Source: Lenisia limosa
Lineage: Eukaryota; Protista; Breviatea
Length of the DNA: 64,000 bases
Direction: 5' to 3'
Assembly (NCBI GenBank): GCA_001655205.1
Contig: LPNZ01008880.1
Coordinates: forward strand, 1-64,000
In this document: in pieces, positions 40,794-51,215 of the stretch
Numbering within the stretch: the first letter of the stretch is position 1
How the letters are laid out: each line of letters begins with the position of its first letter
The notes under the pieces: model-generated
The model's input: only the letters and a program-made list of their open reading frames with translations
The model's database searches: none
What the model was told of the DNA's origin: nothing
Program-made: the position numbers and the translations under genes

Positions 40794-40856
40794 TTTTGTC
40801 AATTTGTGACGTCTGGGGGGCCACTGTTTACAACTCCTTAGATTGAGATGACAAAA
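40794..40856 (+). promoter_or_regulatory. Candidate SECIS element (non-canonical GUGA core, CC apical motif) in the TrxR 3' UTR
   Basis: Helix I TTTTGTCA/TGACAAAA, core GTGAC/TGAG, helix II GTCTGGGGGG/CTCCTTAGAT, unpaired CC 11 nt after the UGA core, small apical mini-stem; about 150 nt downstream of the Sec UGA. Confidence 0.72.
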
Positions 40857-42250
40857 CCATGTTTCGTGTTTACCCTCTTCAAATGTATAATTATGGATTT
40901 TCAAAAGGGATTTGCGTGAATATGTTACTTTTTGAAAGTGTTAAAATGCCGCTATTTTCTATGAGAAACGATATAAGTAACATACCGTTGAAGAGAGGTG
41001 CCGAGGTTCGGAGGCTACGCAATCCTAAGAAGGTCAAACAAAATGTTTTTTATTATAACATTTCAATACTAGATGCATTAAGCTCCTTTTGCACAAAGCT
41101 ATTTTTGGGGTGTTTTGGAGCTAAATACAAGCGTACTATATTTGCTTTGTAGAAAGAGATAAAGAGAGGCAAAAGTCTCTTAGTTGAAAAGAAAAACAGC
41201 ATTTAGCTCAATCCACCTCCCGAGCAGGATCAGAGTATAAAAATAGTATTCAGCTATATTTTGCTGAGTATAAAATGAGCTGCTGAGTAGAAACGTTACG
41301 GGCTCCAGGTATCCTTAGATCGCAAAGAACTTGCATGAAAGTGACGTATATTGCTTGAAATCAACTACACAAATCTCTGAAATACGTGAGATTTGAGACA
41401 TCCAAAATGCAAGTAGCTTTGCTGACAAGAGGGAAAAGTTGTTTGACAATTTTAATATGTAAAGTTACTTTGAAACACCATCATATAGAAGCACCACGCT
41501 GAAAAACAGAGGCCCGATGAAAGCTTATTATTTCATCAGACAATGAGTCTGAAGAGCACTACCCTCCACATTTCTTTAACTTGAAGTACTGCTACCTAAT
41601 CAGCATAGGTAGCGTTCATAATCAGATTTTGTATCCGGCCCTATCTGTCACCTAGAACTTACCATAACTGAATTTTTATGAACCAATTAGGGAGTTGACA
41701 CGTTTACTTCTGTATTTATTGTTTCTTACAGCATCATGCAATAAATACCAACAACTATGTGTAAAGAGGGTATTAGAGACCGAATATTCTTTGTCAACAA
41801 TGACGTATCATATTCTCTTTTTTCAAAATCCAAAATATTTGTCAAAACAAGCAAGAACCAATTCCTACCATCAATCACATAATACGGATTTGAAAAAATT
41901 ATGGTTCCTCTTACCAAGAGTTGCGGGACGAAAAGTAAAGCCACAATGTGGAATTCCTGTTTTGTCATTAGTGGAGTGGAAAATAAGAAACTTCAAATTC
42001 TTTTGAATCTTTCAAATCCAAATGTTTAACTATGCAAAACCTTAAACCAGCATACGCAAAGCTTGCCTCAGCAGTAACATTTGATGTTAGATGGGAGAAA
42101 TTGCTTGTTTGGGTATTGTTTAGTCAACCCTATCTTGAGTCATAAATAAGTTGTACCAGTGTATTTACAACTCTCTTGATAACATTCAGCAGCAGATTAC
42201 TCCTTGAAGCACTCAGTTACTCAGATACAGCTCAGTTACATAGTTATATA

Positions 42251-42710
42251 ATGGCTCTCCGTCTGATTAGCTCGAGAGTGAGCCAACTAGTTCGACCATG
42301 TGTCAGAGTGAGTATTGCAGCTTCACATCTGGTGTATTTATGTCATTTAGGCGTTTTCTACAATGACTAATGATAAACCATTGATCAGAACAAACATTGG
42401 AATTTTTGGTTGGGTTTAATTTCGTTGCTTGCCTCTTCTTACCCCCTGCAGGTGCAATGAATGTTGGAAAATCAACTTTAATGAATGCCCTCACACAACA
42501 AGTATGAACTGCATCTTGGATGCTGTTGATCCCTTCATCATTCGAATACACACATTCCTGGCCTGATACACAAGGGGTGAATCTTTTTTTATGACCCTCT
42601 CTCTTCAAGCAGTGTATTATCTTATTTATTACAGGAAACTTCCATTGTTGATAGTACTCCTGGAACAACTGCAGATGCAAAAATTGCTTTCATGGGTAAC
42701 CGACTTTTTT

Positions 42711-42741
<31 letters not shown>

Positions 42742-45390
42742 CTTTCAAGAACTCCATGAAGTTGGTCCAACCAAACTTTTCGACACTCCTGGCATTGATG
42801 AGACCGGATTACTTGGCGATAAGAAGAGAACTAAGGTTGGCAAGTCACTTCCAAGTGACGCTAACACTTCAGGTATCAGGAATCATGCAGGAGACTGACG
42901 TCTCTGTCATTGTCGTAGATCCCTACAGGTATGCGTTGGGTGGTGAAAGCCTCATTATAATAGTGAGAGAACCATTGTTGCCGCTGAGGGACTCCTTGAA
43001 GAAGCTCGCAAGGTCATGAAGGCGGTGGGTGGGAATTTTTTTGCAAAGGGTTGTCAGCAGAGTTATTTGTTAACGAACTTTCGATAGGATATCCTTTAAC
43101 GTAGTGTTTATTGACTACTCATTTCACCTTTATTGTACCATTTCCACATATTTATCCGATTATACATGTTTGCACCTCACCCCACAGGCTCCCGAAAAGA
43201 AAACTTACATGGTCTACAATCTGATTGACAAATCAGTCAAGTCCTGGGAGTCTGACTACCAAAGGTTTGTAATGCGGGAGTTCTCACCACTTAGATACAA
43301 CATTTCTGTAAACGAAATTCTGGATGGGCTTGAAGAGCGTTTTGGCTTTACCGAGGTTTGAGGGTTCTCTGATTTGGCAGTGTGCATGGGTAAAGATGAC
43401 CGTTTAGACCGACAGTCTTCCTTCTTTGACTGTGAATATGGCTTCTGGTGAGGCTCCTTCACGCATTACTGAGTTTATCTCTACCAATGTAAGCAACCTT
43501 TGCAATAAAAATACGGCGACGTATGGTGTAAGCTACTATTTTGTTGAACAATTCACTGAATGTCAGGATCAATGCCCCCCCCCCTCCCTCATGTTCCCAA
43601 ATGCTATTTCTGGGTTTTTTATTGTTACTACCCCATCCCGCACGTCCTTACGCATCAGACAAAGCGACATGTTGCAAACGTTCAGCTTCTCCCAGGCATG
43701 CTTTCTGAAGAGGTACAGTCATAGCCTTTGTCTCATTCTGTTAGGACAAGGACGGGATTGTTTTGCTGAATATTCCGATGGACGGTGAGACTCCTTCTGG
43801 TCGTCTTCTCAGACCTCAGGTAGGCCCATATACAGGATTTGTTTTTACTCTTTAGTCTATTTCTCTTGAAGCCCTTCTTAGAAACTTTGGTAGGTTACTG
43901 TCCTTTAATGCGCATGCCTATGAACATGGTGGCTGAGGCTCATTCAATAGTCACCACAGTTGCCTACCGTATGGACCTCGGAGCCGGCAGATCAAGCGAT
44001 CTTGATGCGAAACTGAGAGAGGAGGTTTGCTTGCTATGTACGAGATGAAAAATTGTAGTGACACCTAATTTGTTGATATACCATTGGTTGATATACCGGC
44101 ACCAGTGTTTTGACAGAAATGTTCCTTAGCCTCTCTTTTACCTAAATTGGATTCTTCCAATCCATTGTTATTGAATACATAGGAACGCTGGCGTAACACC
44201 ATTGACTCCCTTGGTGACCGTCTTCGTCTTGTTATCACCGACAGGTTGGCTAACTTGCTTATTGCTCTGACTGTCAGCCAAGCCATGGACTGTGTTGCCC
44301 CCTGGACAATGGCCGACAACACTCCCACTGCGCCCATTACTACGTTCTCCATCATGATGGTATGCAATAGTGATATTAATTTACTGCGTAGATCAATTAT
44401 TTGACCGGTGGCCGCCTCACCAATTTCATTGAAGGACTCCGCAAGTTCGACAACCTTAAGGTGTGGATGGGGGAGGGGGGGGGGGGNNNNNNNNNNNNNN
44501 NNNNNNNNNNNNNNNNNNNNNNNNNNNNNNNNNNNNNNNNNNNNNNNNNNNNNNNNNNNNNNNNNNNNNNNNNNNNNNTTTCAAATTTTTACAAAAATCA
44601 TTCATTTTTAGTAAAAAGCAGAAAAAGATGACATTACTGACAGTATATTAGAGTATCCGCAAATAGTTGGTTTGTCACCCTCATTTGGGATGAAGATATT
44701 AGGTAGACCTCTCTGGAGACGAGATGTCAGGTTTACTGTATAGGATGGAGATCGAGTACTCATCTGCGAGGCCTGTAACCATGACCGTATTATTGATGAC
44801 ATTGGAACTGACCAGGTGAGCGATAGGCTCGAGGTTATCCTATTTCTCGAGATCACTGAACAGGGTCCTTATTCATGCAGATTCCCAAGAAGATCACTGA
44901 ACGCTTCGGTGATGGCGTTGGTTACGACTGGGCGTTCGGCCGCGAATACCAAAGCAAGGTCCGTCTTGGTACCGAACACAACTACCGCAGCATGCATACT
45001 GCTTTCCACTGATGTTGAACAGGATATGAATGACTACGATCTTGTGATCCATTGTGGCGGCTGCATGATTGATCAGCAGAAGATGACTGCTCGTCTTGCA
45101 GATATTGAGGTAAGTCACTTGCCTCATATGGCCATTCTCATTTATGTAGTCCACCGGAGTTCCCATCACCAACTACGGACTTGTCCTCTCTCTCTTCCAA
45201 GTGGGAATTGTGATATTGGCTAGTTTCTCTCCAATATTATCAAACCTCTTTCAAAGATTGGTGTTTTGATGGTGTAGGATTGATACTAGCTTTGTTTACT
45301 ACACATTCCTGTCTGTTATTTATTACCCCACAGAGCCCCCAGGCCCTTAACCGTGTTCTCGCCCCCTGGGGACTTTCGGCTAAGTTTTAG
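42251..45390 (+). CDS. hydF: [FeFe]-hydrogenase H-cluster maturation GTPase HydF with N-terminal organellar presequence
   Basis: MALRLISSRVSQLVRPCVR/AFSTMTNDKPLIRTNIGIFG/AMNVGKSTLMNALTQQ, DSTPGTTADAK, LFDTPGIDE, IPMDGETPSGRLLRPQ, LVITD, PITTFSIMM, RVLICEACNHDRI, DLVIHCGGCMIDQQKM, VPITNYG and SPQALNRVLAPWGLSAKF-TAG. Confidence 0.95.
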
Positions 45391-45634
45391 GTATATCATG
45401 TTTCCTTTTCTTATATATTATGAGGGTTTTTCGCCACTATTATAATATCAACACCAGTATTTATTACCCCACAGAGCCCCCAGGCCCTTAACCGTGTTCT
45501 CGCCCCCTGGGGACTTTCGGCTAAGTTTTAGGTATATCATGTTTCCTTTCTTATATATTTCTTGAATTCATTATTCGTGACCATCAGACCAAGTATGAGG
45601 GTTTTTCGCCACTATTATAATATCGACACCAGTT
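45318..45634. repeat. About 141-bp tandem duplication covering the HydF last acceptor, last exon, stop and 3' UTR
   Basis: 45318-45458 is repeated from 45459. The second copy has a ~35 bp insertion before ATGAGGGTTTTTCGCCAC. Confidence 0.9.
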
Positions 45635-45682
45635 CAACAAAATATCTACATAAAATACATAATATCAAGTCAAACATACAGT

Positions 45683-46666
45683 CTAGTCCTCGGACTTGGG
45701 AGGCTCTTCTTCGTCCCCCTTGTTTGCCTCAAGGGCTTTGGGAGCTTCAGAAGATGGGAAGAATTCATCAAATCTAAATGATTAAAAAGGAAGTACCCAC
45801 GCGAAACACAGAGAACAGAACATCCATCAGCAAACCTTGACATGAAGGAATCCCTCTCCGCACCGTCCTCAATACCGGACCAGATCTCCTCTTCAGATGA
45901 CTCGTCACTTCCGTCCTAAAATATCACAACCGCTTATAACAAAAAGAGAATGTACTGAATAACAGTAATTCACCGACCTTATGGGAGCGGACTCTTTTTA
46001 ATGACACGTCACCAATGGCTCGGATTTCTTCGTCAGTTTTTAATCCTAAAAAGGTCAACACGGGATGTTACAAGCGCTTAGTGCCAGAAATGCAAGTTTC
46101 AATATTACAATCCACAGCCAATCACCTGTGTCGCTGTTGTAGGATGACATAACACTATGAACCACATCACCCTTGCGAGAAATGTGTCGCCTGGATGAAG
46201 CAACATGAGACTACATGATGAGAAGAGATCAAGATCACACATATATTTAGCCAATAAGTCACAAATATAACCGACCTTAGTCACTGGCTTGGGGGAACGG
46301 GGGGATGTAGGGCGAGAATGATGCTCCTTCTGGGAAGTGAACCATGAAAATGGCAAAATAAAAACCAGTTAAAACCACTTTACTTACCTTCTTAGCAGGC
46401 TTTTGTTTGATTGTCTTCGGCTCATCTTCACGGTCATCCTCATCACGGTTCCAGACAAAGCCGAGAAGTCCGTCAACCGTCATGTCTTCAAGGTCGGCAA
46501 AGAAAGCTGGGTGTCGGCGGTAACGGTTGCGCCTGGCCCGCGGATAATAGAACAAGGGATCATCTTCAAGCAAGTCAGTCATGGAAAAGGGGTCCATGAA
46601 GGATCTTCTGGGGGCGAAGAAAGATCTTCTTGGGGAGCAGTTGTAGTGGGGGATGAAAGACAACAT
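45683..46666 (-). CDS. Myeloid leukemia factor (MLF)-like protein
   Basis: N-terminus SFMDPFSMTDLLEDDPLF. Exons SHVASSRRHISRKGDVVHSVMSSYNSDT/GLKTDEEIRAIGDVSLKRVRSHK/DGSDESSEEEIWSGIEDGAERDSFMSR resemble the MLF core (DSDSGLEKMAIGHHIHDRAH...). Ends EEEPPKSED-TAG. The similarity is by eye only. Confidence 0.45.
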
Positions 46667-47051
46667 TGTTGTTGTTAAGCGGTGGAAAGACTTGAATTAG
46701 GATTGCTTGAAACAAAGTTCTTATTACTAGAGATTAACTATGAATTGATAGGAAACTCCCTTCTGCTCACTTTTATAGTTGACTTGTCGCCATGCCCAAG
46801 ATTCACAGAATTGTTCAAAGAATTGGGGCGTGAGATCACAGGGGGGACACACATATTGATCTATTTCTCAATGAAAACTACTTTAGTATTACAATAATAA
46901 CAAAAATAAGGCTAAAAAGAAAGGCAGGTGGCGGCAACTGGGCGGCAAGGCGGAACGGTCGACCAAGGCTAATACTGGTCCAAGCCTATTATATAGAGCA
47001 AACACTTCAATGAAAAAAAGGAAAAAAAGAAGTTGAAGTTGAATAGTGGTT

Positions 47052-50000
47052 ATGGAAGTAGATGAACTCATTACCTCAGCTCTTGGCGGAATCGGATGGT
47101 TTGTGATGATTCCCTCTTGCTTATTTCTTCAGCTCCTTGCCTTCTTCAGGAGATATTGGAAGCCTGGATAGCAATGGGCTTGTTCAATGCTGCGGAAAAT
47201 GCTTGAAAGTAATTTTCGACTCCCGCGATGACAGCAGAGGTGGGCAGTCTCTTTCTTCGGTTTCTCTTTCTTAAATAATTTATCTGCGCCTTTTTTAAAC
47301 ATTAAACACTGAAATGGAATAATTTAATGGAACCTTTCAGACTTCCCCACGTCCCTTCCCTCCTCCACTGCCGCCAAGTTCAGGGTTGGAACCACCCTTG
47401 CCAAGGGTGTTGAGGTGAGGGGTACAACGAGCCAACTCAACTGGAAACATTAAAAAAATATATATCGGTTATTGTTCCTTCAATGTATCCCTTGATAAAA
47501 TGTCCCGTAAATATTTACAATCCTAGGAGCTTGGATTTAGTGACCCAATTGGATACAATGCCTTCCTCTACCCCAGCGCTTCTGATACCAAAAAGGTGAG
47601 GGGTTTGCAAATAGCTGCATTTAATAAATGGAAAATAAATCTTCTACTGGGCTGTTTGTTTACACGTGGTTCGTGTAATAGCTCTTCACTGTATGATTTG
47701 CAAATACATTTTTCAGCTCAACTCATCACAAAACAGCTTCTATCCTTTTTGGTTGAGCAGCTTCCCCGCGAAGACAGCGACGACAAGGCTTTTGGAGGTA
47801 TTTCTCTGGCCTTATAGATAATTTAGAGAAGTGTGTTGTTGTTTAAACGATTTTTGTAATAGGAAGTATACCCCCAAACATCACTACCACACACATCCGT
47901 TTTCACTTTTATCAAATCACCTTTCTCTCAAACACATCAAAATACTAACATCTTCAGGTGGTGCCGTGATATCTCAGGGATTACGTGACACTGTCATTTC
48001 CATGTTGAACAAGACCAAACAGGTAGGCCTTTTTGTTTGTCTTATGTTGGCTCTTCTGTTTGTGTTGTATTGGGTCATGGGTAGTGTTTGTTTACCAAAT
48101 ATCTCAATGTACGATGATGTGTTAATCCAATATAACTGATATTTAAGCATTTGAAATCATCTATTCTGTTTTGAGTGACACTTCATTGCTAGCAGTATCC
48201 ATTCTGCTAACAGACACAGGGAATGCGGGCTAAGGTCAAGCCTGAAGTGGATATGAACTTCAATAAGCCCTACAGCCCCGTACGTCTGCTGATCCCTCGC
48301 CCTGGACCATACGTCTCAAAAAGTTGGCCGCTGGGCTGGATTGGGGTGTTTGTTTCTCAGGCAATAATGGGATATAACCACATTTTCTGACACACCAGTT
48401 GATAAGAAGTTTCAAGAAACACACTTAACAACAGTGTCCGTTCAAGCTGGACCCAACCTTCTTGCCAGTCTTTTGGAGTATAATGACGTAGGTTCATCCC
48501 TCACTCGATCTCCCGTTTTTTTTTTGCGTTACACAATGGGGTTCTCTGTGTGTATATAATACATTGTTTCCAGTTTTTCTATNNNNNNNNNNNNNNNNNN
48601 NNNNNNNNNNNNNNNNNNNNNNNNNNNNNNNNNNNNNNNNNNNNNNNNNNNNNNNNNNNNNNNNNNNNNNNNNNNNNNNNNNNNNNNNNNNNNNNNNNNN
48701 NNNNNNNNNNNNNNNNNNNNNNNNGAAGAGTTCTACATCAAACACCAAAACAAGGTTGGATATTGCCCTTGAAACTGTTCTTTCAGCTGTTTTTCTTTCC
48801 TCTGGCTTTACAGTCCTCCAGGATCGAGCTGATGCTATGAAGACCATTATGGCCGCCGCCCGTGCCGCCCCCCTCAAAAAGGCTGTTCTTGACAATGATG
48901 AACCATCAAGTGAGCCGCAAAGTCTAGTTATCTGGATAAAGCCTCTTGGTCTTTTCGGACCCGAAGGAGCAGACACGTTTCACACATCACTCATGAACGC
49001 AGACGCCCCCCTCTCTAAGCTTGAGATGGAGGCCGAATTTGCCAAGGACAAGCCTGAGACCCTTGGACCTGTCCAGACCAAGCCCGTTGACGAGGATGAA
49101 GAAGATGAGAAGGTCTGTTCATTTGATCCAATTTGATTTACCTCTCAGGTTGATGAAGAGACCCGCAGAGCAGAAGAGATCGCAGCTCTTGATGCTCAGG
49201 TTGACAAATTGGCTGATCTCCTGGCTAAGCTCCAGCGCGAAACCGAGGAATGCAGTCGCGCCTCGCGCCAAGTATTTTGGGCCTTTTGTCACTGGGTGAA
49301 GTATTGGTTTCTTTCTTTAAATATTTTATTATCATTTTGTTATTATGTATTCAGGCCGAAGCAACCCTTGCTGAAGTGGAAGCACAGATACCTGATATGG
49401 AAGTTGAGTATAAGGTAGGCTCATGCTCCTATTTGTTCTTTACCCTGGTGTAACTAGGCTCTGTATTCAGCTCTCTCGATTCCTATCCATATTAACGCGT
49501 CATTCTTAATATTCTAGGCCAAGAAGAAGACTCTTGGACTCCTTGACGATGTCCCGGGAAATACGAAGAAAGTCGGTCTGGGTTGATGGTGTTTGGCAAA
49601 TCAATGCGATATCAACTAATGCTTGCACGTCTGATGTTTTCAAAATGCCCCAATTACAAGGTACAAATCCCAACTTTCAGTTGACAAAGCTTGGTCAAGA
49701 AGCCGCCCTGTCGCTGCAGGAGCGAGTTGAGCAATGGGAGACTGAACGGACTGCCCTTGTGGATCAGCATAGAACAGCGAAGAAGAACTCTGAGAAGAGA
49801 AGGGTGGGTTGGTGGGCGAAGAAGAACTCTGGGAAGAGAAGGGTGGGTTGGTGGGCGAAGAAGAACTCTGGGAAGAGAAGCTTGGGTTGGGTGGGTTTTC
49901 CAAGGTCACCCTTTTGCTTCACCACATCGTGTCCTCTTGACTAACACGTGCAGGAAGAACTTCGTATGATGAAGGACAGTGTGAAGACAATCCGACAAGA

Positions 50001-51176
50001 CGCCCGCGATGCCGAGGCTGAAGCCGCGGCCGCCAATGACACAATCGAACACCTCAAAAATGAGTCGAAGAAAATCTCAAAGGTGGCTGGGTTGGTTTTT
50101 GGTCACACTGCAGGATATTGCCAGGTTTTTTTTAGCTTGCCCCACTGTTCGAGATTACTGTTCAATCTGATGCTTTAGGATGTCAGCCGCTCAAGCTACA
50201 CTAAAAGAATTATGGACATCATTAAACAGATCAGAAAGCAGAAACTCGATATTGAGAAGGTAGCTTTTGTTTACCTCGCCTTTGTCTGACCACCCATACC
50301 GTTTTCCTCACCTTGACTCTGTAGATTTTGGCGGACACGAGAACAGTCAACCGCGAGCTGAACGAAGCGACTGCAGCTTTGACCGCCACTTATGGAGATG
50401 TGGAAGAGGTGGGGGGGGGGGGGCTNNNNNNNNNNNNNNNNNNNNNNNNNNNNNNNNNNNNNNNNNNNNNNNNNNNNNNNNNNNNNNNNNNNNNNNNNNN
50501 NNNNNNNNNNNNNNNNNGGTAGTGTACCAGTCATGCACCCCTGTTTCAGTTAACACGGAGCCCTGTTGTTGAACATAGTTCACCGTTCTAGGAAGTCTTC
50601 AAGGTCACCAAGCTGAAGTCCAAGGCCGGCAACATGGCCAAAGAGGCATACCAGACCATTGTCAGTCTTCATGGCGTCTTCGACCAACTTAACAATGTGG
50701 GTGTTCATCCTTTGGCATTCCAAATCAATGTTACTGAATTGCCCTTATACTGCCGTTACAATGCAGAGCGTGGTGGAGATTGGCGAAGTGTCGAACACTG
50801 CACGTGACCTTGAGGCAAGAGCAACTCAGCTCGAAACTTCCGGTGGCCGGAAGGATAAGATGCTGAAGAATAGACTGAGTTTTTTTTATTTTTGTTTTTT
50901 TATTTCATAACTGAGGTGTTTTATCAGTAGATTTGATAGCTTGTTTGTATTGTTTCAGCTACAAATGATTACGTTTCCATTTACCCCCATTTAGGTGTGG
51001 CTCTTCAACTCAATCGCATCCAATCGGACTTGAAGAAGATCACACAGGAGAATCAGGCTCTTGAGGGCAAAACGCCCAAGAAGGAGAAGAAAGACAAGAA
51101 GGACGACAAGAAAGAAGAAAAGAAGGAGAAAAAGGAAAAGAAAGAAAAGAAAGAGAAGAAGGAAAAGAAGGAGTAA
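47052..51176 (+). CDS. CCDC22: Coiled-coil domain-containing protein 22 (CCC/Commander complex)
   Basis: MEVDELITSALGGIG, ELGFSDPIGYNAFLYPSASDTKK/LLSFLVEQLPRE, and C-terminal SRSSYTKRIMDIIKQIRKQKLDIEKILADTRTVNRELN, AKEAYQTIVSLH, LNRIQSDLKKITQENQAL, then a KE-rich tail and TAA. Confidence 0.88.
49777..49893. repeat. 3 x 39-bp tandem repeat spanning a CCDC22 exon end and 5' splice site
   Basis: GCGAAGAAGAACTCTG(A/G)GAAGAGAAGGGTGGGTTGGTGG with period 39 (49777, 49816, 49855). Confidence 0.9.
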
Positions 51177-51215
51177 GTGGTTTTTATAATGTATTTCAGT
51201 TGAAAAAAAAAGGAT

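Noticed and set aside
42251-45390. HydEF fusion or bacterial contamination
   Set aside because: No radical-SAM HydE sequence is seen upstream, and the gene has many spliceosomal introns and a presequence.
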